Shown in pieces: positions 12,731 through 21,634 of a stretch of DNA of 64,000 bases; the first letter of the stretch is position 1; every line of letters starts with the position of its first letter. The stretch is from Verrucomicrobiales bacterium. GTDB taxonomy: Bacteria > Verrucomicrobiota > Verrucomicrobiia > Limisphaerales > SXTU01. Location of the stretch: positions 9 to 64,008 of the forward strand of contig SXTU01000174.1 in assembly GCA_005791875.1 (NCBI GenBank), read 5' to 3'. The position numbers and the translations under genes are program-made. The notes under the pieces are model-generated. The model worked only from the letters and a program-made list of their open reading frames with translations, had not been told where the DNA came from and searched no databases.

Positions 12731-13564
12731 TCATGGCAATCGGCGGAGCGCGTCTCGCTTCACCCAGCCCGCACGCTGGCCGCTGTCGCGCACTTGCAGC
12801 CAGTCGTCCTTCGCGTCGAGCACCACAAGCTCCGTGCCGTCGCGCAGCGTGAACGCGGCCTTGGACTCCGCAAGTGGTCCGGGCCGCACGGACACCTCCG
12901 GCACCACCACCACCGCCAGCCCTGCCGTGCTCCGCTCCGAGTGCGCGGCGGCAAGCAGCGCGGCGGACACGATGGCGATCGCGCCGAAAGCCTTCGTGAG
13001 CCACGCGAAGGCGGTGCGCTTCGCCGGCAACGCCTCGCCCAGCGCGAGCAGCAGGAAGCACGCACCCAACCCAGCGCCCGCGAGCCAAGCCCACTCGTCG
13101 AGCGTGTGCAAGCGGAGCAGATGACGGGCGAGCGGTTGCTCCACCGTCACGCCGAGACTGCGGCGAGTGAACTGCAAGTTGCCGCGCGTGTCTGGGTCGC
13201 GCGGCGCGAGGCGGAGCGCCTGATGATAGTGGTAAATCGCCTTGCCCGCCTGTCCGCTCTTGAAGCGCGCGTTGCCGAGGTTGAAGTGGAGCGCCGCAGA
13301 CGGGCCGTTCGTGAGCAGCGTCTCGTAGCCGGCCGCGGCGGCGGTGAACTTGCCCTGCTCGAAGAGTTTGTTTGCCGCTTCAAACTCCGCTGCTGGCTGG
13401 GCGCTCATCGGCCACCCCGACGCGACCAGCAGCCACAGCAGGAGGAGATTTCTTGAGCCACAGATGAAACACAGATGAAACACGGATAGGGCATGAAGTG
13501 CCTTCTGCTGCAAATCCCATCTGTGTTCCATCTGTGTTTCATCTGTGGCCGAAAAGATATTCAT
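12731..13564 (-). CDS. batE: BatE-like TPR + SH3b protein
   Basis: TPR repeats (FEQGKFTAAAAGYETLL.., NLGNARFKSGQAGKAIYHYHQALRLAP) and a C-terminal SH3b-like segment DGTELVVLDAKDDWLQVRDSGQRAGWVKRDAL. The ATG at 13564 overlaps the batD stop (ATGA). Confidence 0.8.
   Translation of the reverse strand: MNIFSATDETQMEHRWDLQQKALHALSVFHLCFICGSRNLLLLWLLVASGWPMSAQPAAEFEAANKLFEQGKFTAAAAGYETLLTNGPSAALHFNLGNARFKSGQAGKAIYHYHQALRLAPRDPDTRGNLQFTRRSLGVTVEQPLARHLLRLHTLDEWAWLAGAGLGACFLLLALGEALPAKRTAFAWLTKAFGAIAIVSAALLAAAHSERSTAGLAVVVVPEVSVRPGPLAESKAAFTLRDGTELVVLDAKDDWLQVRDSGQRAGWVKRDALRRLP
13457..13549. repeat. REP-like hairpin, family C (GCCACAGATGAAACAC type)
   Basis: gccacagatgaaacacagatgaaacacggat // atcccatctgtgttccatctgtgtttcatctgtggc. 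Relatives lie at 25428-25484 and 19722-19803. This copy lies inside the 5' coding region of batE. Confidence 0.85.
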
Positions 13565-15465
13565 CGGCTCCCCTCCAGCTTTCGCAGTTCGGTCACGGCG
13601 GCGGCGAACTGCTCCGTCAGTTTCGCCAGTTCGCTTGTCTCCCGCACCGGCGCGTAGCGCGCAGCGTTGCAGACTTGGAAGAGCGCGTGGAGTGACTGGC
13701 GCGTCGAGTCGTCCGCGCCGAGCGGCTTCACGCGCTCCTCGATCACATCCTCCGTGATCGCGCTGGCCGGCAGGTCGAGCCTCTCGCCGAGCTGCTCCTG
13801 CAACAGCCGGAACAGGTTCGCGAAGAACGGCTCTGTTTGCGCTGCGGCGGCCTGCTGACGAAGTTCGGCCAGGCCCGCGTTGACCAGCTTCTCCACCTCG
13901 CGACGGCGGCGCAGGCGCGGGTTGTTCGCCAGCCGCTCCGCCTGCTTGCGGCGGGTGAGCAACGTGAGCCACAACACGAACGGCACGCCGCACAACGCCC
14001 ACCATGTCGGCTGCCGCAGCGCTCCCGCGCCTGGCACCGCGAGCACTCCGAGATGCGGCTTGATGTGGACGAGTTCCGTCGCGGCAGCGGCAGCGGTGGC
14101 GGCGTTTGTCGTAGTCATCACGATCGTCGGGGCCTGGGCGGCGGGGGCGGCGCGCACGCGCAATGGCGTGGCGGGCTGCTTGAGCGTGCGATAGGCGCGG
14201 GCGTCGGGATCGAAAAAGCTGAACGAGATTGCGGGCAAAGCCCTCACCTCCCCGCTTTGTGGCTGCACCACCTGCTCGAACTTCCGCGTGCCCGTCATGG
14301 AGAGCGGGTCGGGCATCTCGGTCGTCACGCTCGCCGGATAGGATTTGAACGCCTCGCCGAATTCGAGCGACGGCATCCGCACGCCGTCGAGCGCGCCGCG
14401 CCCGCTGACTTGCACGCGAACGGTGACGGGGTCGCCGACGGCCACGTCCACCGGCGACGCGCTCACGCTCATCTGAAAGTTGCCGACGGCTCCGTTGAAG
14501 TCAGCGGGTCGGCCCTCGGTGGGGAGCGGCTGCACGTCTATGGCCAGCGGGTCGCTTAGAATCGTTACCGCCTGCGCGCGGACGCCACGGTTGAAGAGGT
14601 CGAACGCGTCGCCACCGCTGGTGCGGACGTGCAGGTTGAACGCGCACTGCGCCGGGCCAAGCGCGAGTTTCCCGGCCTTCACCGGTGTCGCGACCGTGCG
14701 GAAGACAATGACGCGGTAGATGACATTGCCAACCTGTTCCTGCCCCTGCTGATGTTGGAATGGCGTCAGCGTGAAGCCATCGCCGCGCAGGCTGGGCATC
14801 TGGATTTCGCCGCCGAGGGTGTAGTAGAGCCGCACCTCCAGCGCGAAGGGTTCACCGACGAATGCGTTCGTCTTGCCCGCGCGCAGCTTGACGAATGTGA
14901 GCTGCCGAAACGCTTCGGTGTCGGGCAGCTTCGCGGCGGCGGGGTGGACTTTCAGAGCGAGCGGCTGGCTGGGAAGCGGCGCGCCGGCGATGGGGACGTT
15001 GAAGGCGGGGATCGTGTAATCACCCGGCTGCGAGGCGGCGACTGCGTAGTTCAGCAGCAGGCTGGCTGTGCGCTGGCCGTTGACGATGGAGATTTGCTGG
15101 CTCTGGCCGGCGAACTGAATCTGGAGATTCGGCACGTCTGGCAGGCGCGGCACGCCGCTGGGCTGGCCACCATCAAAGCGCAGCGTCAGCACTGCCTGCT
15201 CGCCGACGCGGATGGTGTTGCGGTCCAGCGCGGCGCTGAAGGTGACGGCGTGGGCGGAGGAAAGGAGCAGGAGACAGCCGACGACACCAAGCAGCCGTGT
15301 GAAGAAAATGCGCGCAGGCCGGATGAGGGGTGCGGCCACTTGCGCCGACACACGCAACCCCTCACCCCAGCCCTCTCCCCTTGCTCCGCAAAGGGAGAGG
15401 GAGAAGAAGTCGCGATCTGCTCCGCCGCGCTCGGCTCTTTGCTCACGTCCCTCCGTCGTCTTCAT
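13561..15465 (-). CDS. batD: BatD-like oxygen-tolerance protein
   Basis: Signal/TM segment IFFTRLLGVVGCLLLLSSAHA, then a BatD-like repeated beta-rich body and a C-terminal TM plus helical tail. The ATG at 15465 shares its A with the batC stop (TGATG). The GTG at 15468 is an alternative start. Confidence 0.8.
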   Translation of the reverse strand: MKTTEGREQRAERGGADRDFFSLSLCGARGEGWGEGLRVSAQVAAPLIRPARIFFTRLLGVVGCLLLLSSAHAVTFSAALDRNTIRVGEQAVLTLRFDGGQPSGVPRLPDVPNLQIQFAGQSQQISIVNGQRTASLLLNYAVAASQPGDYTIPAFNVPIAGAPLPSQPLALKVHPAAAKLPDTEAFRQLTFVKLRAGKTNAFVGEPFALEVRLYYTLGGEIQMPSLRGDGFTLTPFQHQQGQEQVGNVIYRVIVFRTVATPVKAGKLALGPAQCAFNLHVRTSGGDAFDLFNRGVRAQAVTILSDPLAIDVQPLPTEGRPADFNGAVGNFQMSVSASPVDVAVGDPVTVRVQVSGRGALDGVRMPSLEFGEAFKSYPASVTTEMPDPLSMTGTRKFEQVVQPQSGEVRALPAISFSFFDPDARAYRTLKQPATPLRVRAAPAAQAPTIVMTTTNAATAAAAATELVHIKPHLGVLAVPGAGALRQPTWWALCGVPFVLWLTLLTRRKQAERLANNPRLRRRREVEKLVNAGLAELRQQAAAAQTEPFFANLFRLLQEQLGERLDLPASAITEDVIEERVKPLGADDSTRQSLHALFQVCNAARYAPVRETSELAKLTEQFAAAVTELRKLEGSR

Positions 15466-16520
15466 CACCAGTTCTTCAACACGCGGTTGTTCGCCTTCTG
15501 CGTGGCGTTGGTGGGGAGGAAGATAAGCGCGCGCTCCTCGGTGCGCTGGGAGTCGAGCAACTGCATCGCCTGCTGCGCGGTCATCTGGCCGAGCGCGGCG
15601 GCCTGGGCGGAATCCTTATCGCCCTTCTCCCCCTGCTTCCCCTGGTTCTGCTCGCCCTTCTTCTCCTCGGGCTTCTTCTGCTCCGGCTGCTTTTCGTCGC
15701 CGGGTTGGTCGGGCTTGGGCTGGTTCTCCTGTTTCTTCTGGTCGTCCTGCTTGGAGCCGTCGGGCTTCTCCGGTTTCTGGTCCTCGGACTTTTTGTCGTC
15801 CTTTTTCTTGTCAGACTTATCCTGCTTCTGATCGTCCTTCTTCTGCTGATCCTTCTTCTGGTCATCCTTCTTGTCGTCTTTCTTGTCGTCCTGCTTCTGG
15901 TCGTCTTTGGGCTGCTTCTCCTGCTGCTGTTTAATCTCCTTCAGCTTGCGCTGCACGAAGTCGCGGTTGTGTTTTGCGTCGGCGTCGGCGGAGTTCAGCT
16001 TGAGCGCGGTGTCGTAGAAGCCGATGGCGCTCTCCCAGGCCTCCTGCTTCTGCGCGGCCTCGGCGGCGGTGTCGCCGGCTTGGAAATATGCGTTGCCGAG
16101 ATTGTAGAACGCGCTCTGAGCCAGCTTCGGATCGCGCGCGCCGGTCGCGCCGCTGAAGTGGCGCGCGGCGTCCTCGAACTGCTTGGCCTGATACGCGGCG
16201 GCCCCGGCGTTGAAGGCGAGGCGGGCGTCCTCCGGGCGTTCGCGGCGGAGGCGGTCGTATTCCTTGAGGGAGGCTTCGTATTTGCCGGACTCGTAGTTTT
16301 TGAGCGCGGTGGCGGAGGAGGCGTGAGCGGGGAGAGGATAGAGGATGGAGAGGAGAAGATAGAGGAGAACACTCGGCAGAGCGCCAAGCGGCGGCGGGCT
16401 GGTTCCCTCTCCCCCATCGGGGGAGAGGGTTAGGGTGAGGGGGTCGCTTACGAACTCAGAACGAAGGCGAATGGCTTGAAAGGCTGCGAGATGGGCTGGA
16501 TTGCTTTCCTGCGCACGCAT
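15465..16520 (-). CDS. batC: BatC-like TPR protein with a long Lys/Asp/Gln-rich low-complexity region
   Basis: TPR block (YESGKYEASLKEY.., FNAGAAAYQAKQFEDAARHF, YNLGNAYFQAGD) followed by a KDDQKQDDKKDDKK.. tract. Start is uncertain: ATG at 16520, or ATG at 16622 which overlaps batB by 20 nt. Confidence 0.75.
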   Translation of the reverse strand: MRAQESNPAHLAAFQAIRLRSEFVSDPLTLTLSPDGGEGTSPPPLGALPSVLLYLLLSILYPLPAHASSATALKNYESGKYEASLKEYDRLRRERPEDARLAFNAGAAAYQAKQFEDAARHFSGATGARDPKLAQSAFYNLGNAYFQAGDTAAEAAQKQEAWESAIGFYDTALKLNSADADAKHNRDFVQRKLKEIKQQQEKQPKDDQKQDDKKDDKKDDQKKDQQKKDDQKQDKSDKKKDDKKSEDQKPEKPDGSKQDDQKKQENQPKPDQPGDEKQPEQKKPEEKKGEQNQGKQGEKGDKDSAQAAALGQMTAQQAMQLLDSQRTEERALIFLPTNATQKANNRVLKNW

Positions 16521-16602
16521 TGCCGCAGCACGCGTAACCCCCTCACCCCGGCCCTCTCCCCCGGTGGGGGCGAGGGAGAAGAGCCGGCAGGCGGTCAGAA
16601 GA

Positions 16603-17670
16603 TTATTTCGCAGCGGTTGCATCAGCGTTCGCAGGAACAGACACATTCGCGCCCGGCGCGTCCACGGCGGGGCGGCGGACTTTCTGTCGCTCGGGCATAA
16701 ACATTTCGATGACCAGCAAAACGATGGCGATGCCCAGCGGCCAGTAAAATCGCTCGTGGTGGCGCTGCATGAGCTTGGCGTTGAACTCGGACTTCGGCAG
16801 CGGGGCGAGGCCGCGTTCGTAGAGCAGGTCCATCGTGTTCGCGCCCCGCAACGGCAGGTAGAAGCCGCCCGCCGCTCCGGCAATTTTCTGGAGGAGCGTT
16901 TCGTTCAGGCGAGACTTCACCACGTTGCCGCTGTCGTCCTTGAGGAAGTCTAGTTTGCCCTTCGCGTCCGGCACGCGGATGAGTTCGCCCACCGCGCTGC
17001 CGATGCCGATGGTGAAGATGCGCAGACCCTTGGCGCTCGCGGCTTGCGCGCCTTCCACCACGCCGTCTTCGTGGTCCTCGCCGTCGGTGAAGAGGACGAG
17101 GATTTTGTGGTTGTCGCCGTCCTTGAACGCCGAGAGCGCGGTCTGGATCGTCTCGGCGATGGCGGTGCCGCCTTGCGGGATGATGTTCACGTCGAGCGCG
17201 GCGACGCCCTGCCGGAACGCCTCTTCGTCGAGCGTGAGCGGACATTGGAGAAAGGAACTGCCGGCGAACGCGACTAGGCCGAGGCGATCGTTCCGCGCGA
17301 GCTTCATCAAGTCCATCGCGGCGAGCTTGGCGCGTTCGAGGCGGTTGGGTGGAATGTCCGCCGCGAGCATCGAGCGCGAGGTGTCAATCGCCACGACGAT
17401 GTCCAAACCCTTCTGCGAAACTTCCTCCCACGAGAAGCCCCACTGCGGTCGCGCCAGCGCGAGCACGGCGAGAGCGACGGCGGAGACGAGCAATGCCAGC
17501 CGTGCTTTCTGCCGCGTCTTCGACACGCCGACGGTGAGCTGTGCGAGCAGCCGCGACTGCACGAACTGCGCAATGAGCCGCTCCTTCGCGCGCCACGCCC
17601 AGATGAGGAAGACGGCGAGCAGCGGCACGAGGAGCAGAACCCAGAGGAGTTGGGGGAGGGCGAAGCGCAT
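16603..17670 (-). CDS. batB: BatB, VWA-domain protein
   Basis: MRFALPQLLWVLLLVPLL.. followed by the VWA MIDAS motif VVAIDTSRSM. 355 aa. Confidence 0.9.
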   Translation of the reverse strand: MRFALPQLLWVLLLVPLLAVFLIWAWRAKERLIAQFVQSRLLAQLTVGVSKTRQKARLALLVSAVALAVLALARPQWGFSWEEVSQKGLDIVVAIDTSRSMLAADIPPNRLERAKLAAMDLMKLARNDRLGLVAFAGSSFLQCPLTLDEEAFRQGVAALDVNIIPQGGTAIAETIQTALSAFKDGDNHKILVLFTDGEDHEDGVVEGAQAASAKGLRIFTIGIGSAVGELIRVPDAKGKLDFLKDDSGNVVKSRLNETLLQKIAGAAGGFYLPLRGANTMDLLYERGLAPLPKSEFNAKLMQRHHERFYWPLGIAIVLLVIEMFMPERQKVRRPAVDAPGANVSVPANADATAAK

Positions 17671-17680
17671 GGCGGGGAAA

Positions 17681-17753
17681 GTGATTAGTGATTAGTTATT
17701 AGTGAGGGGTTCATGCGCTCGGTTTGGTGACTAATTACTAAGCACTAATTACT
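17681..17753. repeat. REP-like hairpin, family B (GTGATTAGT / ACTAATCAC type)
   Basis: gtgattagtgattagttattagtgag // gtgactaattactaagcactaattac. Relatives lie at 19641-19664 (half element) and 54838-54906. Confidence 0.8.
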
Positions 17754-17758
17754 CTTCT

Positions 17759-18763
17759 TCAGGGCAGCTTTCGGAGCAGCGTGTTCGCCAGCACCAGCTC
17801 TGCCACCAGCACGACCAGCCCGAGGGCGATGAGCCAGTGGGCGAACTCGCGGTAGCGCTGGAACTTCTTCACCTCGACGGTGCTTTTCTCCAGCCGGTCA
17901 ATCTCGGCGAAGATGCGGCGCAGCGTCTCGGAGCTGTCGGCGCGGAAGTATTTGCCGCCGGTCTTGTCGGCGACCTTGGTCAGCGCCTCTTCGTCAATGT
18001 CCACCGGCACGAGCACATATCTCTTGCGGTTGAAGTCGTCTATCCGAGGCACCGGTGCCTCGCCGCGCGTGCCGACGCCGATGGTGTAGCACTTGATGTT
18101 CAGCGCCTGCGCGGCGTCGGCCGCAGTGAGCGGCGGGACTTTGCCGGCGTTGTTCACGCCATCGGTGAGCAGGATGATGATTTTGCTTTTGGACTGGAGG
18201 TCGCGCAGGCGGTTGACGCCCGCGATGAGGCCGGAACCAATCGCGGTGCCGTCCTCGATGCCGCCGAAGTTGAGGCGCTCCAGGTTCGTGAGCAGGAACT
18301 CGTGGTCGAGCGTCAGCGGCCCGGCGAGATACGCGCGCCCCGCGAATGCGACCAGCCCGATGCGGTCGCCGGGGCGCTTGAGGACGAACTTTTGCACCGT
18401 GTCCTTGGCGAGTGCGAGGCGGTTGATGCGCTGGCCGCGCGCGTCGGTGAAGTCCTCGGCCTCCATGCTGCGCGAGAGGTCCACGGCGATGACGATGTCA
18501 ATGCCGCTGGCGCTCACCTTCGTCTCGCCCTCCCCGAGTTGGGGTCGCGCGAGCGCGATGAAAAAGGCGGCGAGCGCGAGCCAGCGCAGCGCCCGGAGGA
18601 AGGCACCAGCGCGGGATTGCACTTGACCGGTCAGCCCGCGCACGAGCTGGACGGACGAGTAGAGGAACGCGGGTTGGAAGTCGCGCTTGCCCTTGAGCCA
18701 CGCAAGCAGCGGCAGCAGGAGCAGCAGGAGCAGCAGCCAGGGATGGGCGAAGGAGAAGGTCAC
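17759..18763 (-). CDS. batA: BatA, VWA-domain protein
   Basis: The GTG at 18763 gives VTFSFAHPWLLLLLLLLPLLAWL.., a typical BatA N-terminus. MIDAS motif VIAVDLSRSM. The 70 codons upstream of this start in the ORF track run through REP elements and are unlikely to be translated. Confidence 0.85.
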   Translation of the reverse strand: MTFSFAHPWLLLLLLLLPLLAWLKGKRDFQPAFLYSSVQLVRGLTGQVQSRAGAFLRALRWLALAAFFIALARPQLGEGETKVSASGIDIVIAVDLSRSMEAEDFTDARGQRINRLALAKDTVQKFVLKRPGDRIGLVAFAGRAYLAGPLTLDHEFLLTNLERLNFGGIEDGTAIGSGLIAGVNRLRDLQSKSKIIILLTDGVNNAGKVPPLTAADAAQALNIKCYTIGVGTRGEAPVPRIDDFNRKRYVLVPVDIDEEALTKVADKTGGKYFRADSSETLRRIFAEIDRLEKSTVEVKKFQRYREFAHWLIALGLVVLVAELVLANTLLRKLP

Positions 18764-19055
18764 GGAAGTGCGGAATGCGGAATGCGGAGTGCGGAACGCA
18801 GGAGAATGGCGGGTGCGTGCGGCGGGTTTGGGCGCAACGTGGTCGTTGCGCGAGTTCCCTCTCCCGCATCGGAGGAGAGGGTGAGGGGGCGGGCGGCGGA
18901 GCGACTGGAGCGCTTGGCGATGCTTTGGCAAAAGCGCGTGATGACTTCGGATACACGGATGCCTGCTGTGCACGTTGCCCGCTCACCCCAGCCCTCTCCC
19001 CCGGTCGGGGAGAGGGAGAAGAGGCGCGTCGTGGAAGCAAGGCTCTCAAACGCGT

Positions 19056-19634
19056 TCATGCCGCCGCTCCTTTCTCCACCGTCTGCAAATTGTAGGCGGT
19101 TTCTTCCACAAGGTTCAGTGCGGCGCTGTGGAGGCTGCGGAGTTCGGCCTCGCTTGGCTCGTGCTTGGCGAACTTAACCACGTCGCAGCGGGAGAGGAAG
19201 TCGGCGAGAAATTCTTTTTGCGAGTCGTTCAACTGGTCGGCGCGTTGCAGCTCAACGAGGAACTCTTCCGTCGTCCGGTCCGGCGCGCGGAACTCGAAGC
19301 GCTCTTCGAGGTAGAGGCGCAGCGCGTCGGAGACGGCGGTGCAGAAGGGCTTGGGCTGCGTGAGCAGCGCAAGGGCGTCGGCGAGCCGGTGCTTGGCACG
19401 CTGGTGCGGCGGAATGGAAGGCTCGACTGGCTTGGCGGGGGCGTGGCGGAACCACTTGTTCCAGATCAGCACGGCGAGCAACCCGCCGAGCGCCGCGCCC
19501 ATAGCGATCCACAGCCAGAGCAGCTCCGGCGGGAGCGGCACGGGGCCGCGGATGTCGCGGAGGACGGCGTTCGTGGCCGCCGCAGAGTTTGTCGGCGGGG
19601 AGACGATGACGGCGTGTTGGTTGGTCGCGGCCAA
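19056..19634 (-). CDS. DUF4381-like membrane protein, first gene of the bat cluster here
   Basis: 192 aa with a single TM (LLWLWIAMGAALGGLLAVLIW). The position directly upstream of batA is what is seen in bat operons. Confidence 0.65.
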   Translation of the reverse strand: MAATNQHAVIVSPPTNSAAATNAVLRDIRGPVPLPPELLWLWIAMGAALGGLLAVLIWNKWFRHAPAKPVEPSIPPHQRAKHRLADALALLTQPKPFCTAVSDALRLYLEERFEFRAPDRTTEEFLVELQRADQLNDSQKEFLADFLSRCDVVKFAKHEPSEAELRSLHSAALNLVEETAYNLQTVEKGAAA

Positions 19635-19721
19635 GGGAAAGTGATTAGTAATTAGTGCTGAGTCGGCACGCGCGGTTGGACAGGCGGGAGGGGAGGGTGT
19701 TCGGAGTGCGATCCAAGGTTT

Positions 19722-19803
19722 GCCCGCAGATAACGCGAAACACGCGGATGGAAGCGACCTATTCTCATCCGCGTCATCCGCGTCATTCGCGTTATCCGTG
19801 GGC
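19722..19803. repeat. REP-like hairpin, family C variant
   Basis: cccgcagataacgcgaaacacgcggatgg // catccgcgtcattcgcgttatccgtggg. Confidence 0.7.
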
Positions 19804-19811
19804 AGCTCATT

Positions 19812-20375
19812 TCATCCGGCTGCGAGGGCGGACTCGAAGGCGTGGAGGCGGGCTTGGAAAACACTTTCGGCCAGCACGGGTTGCGCGGTGTCGGTCTGGA
19901 TTTCCACAGCCAGCTCGATCCAAGACTTGCAGCCGCCGTAGCTGGGGAGCATGGGCAGTTCGATGCGTTGCGGCAGCCGCGAGACTCGCACGGCCAGGGC
20001 GAAAAGGTTTTGCTCCTTGCCCCAGTCGAAACGCTGCACCAGCACTTCGTCGCGCCAGATGTGCTGGCCCCGCAGACGCTCGACGGCGGCGAGGGAATCC
20101 AGCTTCCGCCACGCGACGACTTCGGCGCAGGACTCGATCCGGAGCAAGTCAGGGGTCGGCAGGTGTGGCGCAATCTCGTCGTAGCGTGTCTGAGCGGCGG
20201 GCAGCACCGACTCGCGTTGCTGGTGGTAGAGCGTCGGGAAGAAGAGGAAGCGCGGATGCTCTACTTGGAAGCCGCCGCGCCCCTCGGCGATGCCGCCCTT
20301 GCGCAGGAGGAGGATTTGCCCCCCGCGCCCCAGCGCATCCACAACGATGGCCCATTCTTTGAACGCCGTTCGCAT
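19812..20375 (-). CDS. DUF1802-like protein
   Basis: The ATG at 20375 gives MRTAFKEWAIVVDALGRGGQILLLRKGGIAEGRGGF.., which matches my memory of the DUF1802 N-terminal signature. Confidence 0.6.
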   Translation of the reverse strand: MRTAFKEWAIVVDALGRGGQILLLRKGGIAEGRGGFQVEHPRFLFFPTLYHQQRESVLPAAQTRYDEIAPHLPTPDLLRIESCAEVVAWRKLDSLAAVERLRGQHIWRDEVLVQRFDWGKEQNLFALAVRVSRLPQRIELPMLPSYGGCKSWIELAVEIQTDTAQPVLAESVFQARLHAFESALAAG

Positions 20376-20473
20376 GGCGCGAGTGTAGGAGGTCGCCTGC
20401 CCGGGGCCAAATCCGTTTATGAATTTGACAGTTGGCGACCCCCTCCCTAGCGTCACACGCCGAAACACTAGCT

Positions 20474-21247
20474 ATGGCCGACAACTTGAAACTGCCCGCA
20501 GGCGCAGCCCCCCCACCCGCCGCGGGTTCCAAGGTTCAGCCCAAAAAGGAGACTGTCCGCATCAGTCTTCCCCCGAAGCCTTCCTCGAAGGAAACGGTCC
20601 GGCTCGAGCTGCCACCGCGCACTGGCGGGGCTGCCCCGGCCCCTGCGCCCGCCGTCCCCCGTCCCGCCGCGCCATCCGCACCGGCCGCACCGGCCGTTTC
20701 TTCCGCCGCCGCAGGTGGCGCAAAGCAGACCGTCCGCCTTTCTCTCCCGCCCAAGCCCTCCGCCGCGAAGGAAACCGTCCGGCTCGAACTTCCGCCCAAG
20801 CCCGCAGCAGGTGCCGCCAAGGCGGGCGCCGCCGCCGGTGGCAAGGAAATCAAGCTCTTGGTCCCCCAGACGGATGAGTCTGCGGCCAGCGCCAAGATTC
20901 CCGAAACCAGCGAGGCCGAGATGCCGACGATGGATTCGTCTCAGGCTGCGCCACCAGTGAAGCCCGCTGGCGGCTTGAAAGGCGGCCCGCCCGGCAGCAA
21001 GCCCGGTGGCATGCCCGGCAAAGTGGCCCAGGCTCCCGCGTCCGCGTTGCCAGACTCGACTCCCTCCGCGATGGCCCTGCCGGCGAAGAAGGCGCTGCCC
21101 AAGCCGGAGATGGCTGGCCTGCCGGTTGCTGTCGGCGGTGCAGTTGTCCGCCGGGCTGGCTGGCCGGACTACACATTGTCCATCATCGCATTGCTCACTG
21201 GCATTGCCGCTGTCATGCGGCTGCTGATGAACCTCGGCGTCTTCTGA
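20474..21247 (+). CDS. Pro/Ala-rich membrane-anchored protein with a duplicated KETVR(I/L)xLPPKP motif
   Basis: ATG at 20474. KKETVRISLPPKPSSKETVRLELPPR and AKQTVRLSLPPKPSAAKETVRLELPPKP are separated by a PA-rich linker. C-terminal TM YTLSIIALLTGIAAVMRLLMNLGVF. Confidence 0.6.
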   Translation: MADNLKLPAGAAPPPAAGSKVQPKKETVRISLPPKPSSKETVRLELPPRTGGAAPAPAPAVPRPAAPSAPAAPAVSSAAAGGAKQTVRLSLPPKPSAAKETVRLELPPKPAAGAAKAGAAAGGKEIKLLVPQTDESAASAKIPETSEAEMPTMDSSQAAPPVKPAGGLKGGPPGSKPGGMPGKVAQAPASALPDSTPSAMALPAKKALPKPEMAGLPVAVGGAVVRRAGWPDYTLSIIALLTGIAAVMRLLMNLGVF

Positions 21248-21286
21248 CCAGCGGAAGCCGCCACAACCACCGAACCGACTCCTCCC

Positions 21287-21616
21287 ATGGCTGAAGGCAA
21301 CATCGTCAACGTCACCGAAGCTTCGTTTGAGGCCGACGTCCTGAAATCCACCACTCCCGTCCTCGTGGACTTTTGGGCCGAGTGGTGCGGTCCGTGCAAG
21401 ATGCTCCTGCCCGTGCTCAACGAGCTGGCCACCGAATACGCCGGCAAGGTGAAGATCGCGAAGGTCAACGTGGACCAGGCAGGCATGCTCGCCTCGCAGT
21501 ATGGCGTCCAGAGCATCCCGGCGCTGTTCTTCTTCAAGGGCGGGCAGGTCGTCGCTCAAGTCGTCGGCGTGCGCTCCAAAAAAGACTTGAAGGCGCAGCT
21601 CGACCAGATCGTGTGA
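21287..21616 (+). CDS. trxA: Thioredoxin
   Basis: 109 aa with the WCGPC active site (VDFWAEWCGPCKMLLP). Confidence 0.95.
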   Translation: MAEGNIVNVTEASFEADVLKSTTPVLVDFWAEWCGPCKMLLPVLNELATEYAGKVKIAKVNVDQAGMLASQYGVQSIPALFFFKGGQVVAQVVGVRSKKDLKAQLDQIV

Positions 21617-21634
21617 TGCGCATGGGGAGGTAAC

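Noticed and set aside
15581-15950. Repetitive cttcttctg/gtcctt DNA that could be mistaken for a tandem repeat array or a CRISPR-like region.
   Set aside because: It is the coding sequence of the Lys/Asp/Gln-rich low-complexity tract of BatC (KDDQKQDDKKDDKK..). The periodicity is irregular and there is no repeat-spacer structure.
12731-19177. N-terminal extensions of the bat-cluster ORFs in the track (12731..14005, 17759..18973, 15465..16883).
   Set aside because: The extensions overlap the preceding gene or run through intergenic REP elements. Coupled or family-typical starts exist further downstream (13564, 18763, 16520/16622).
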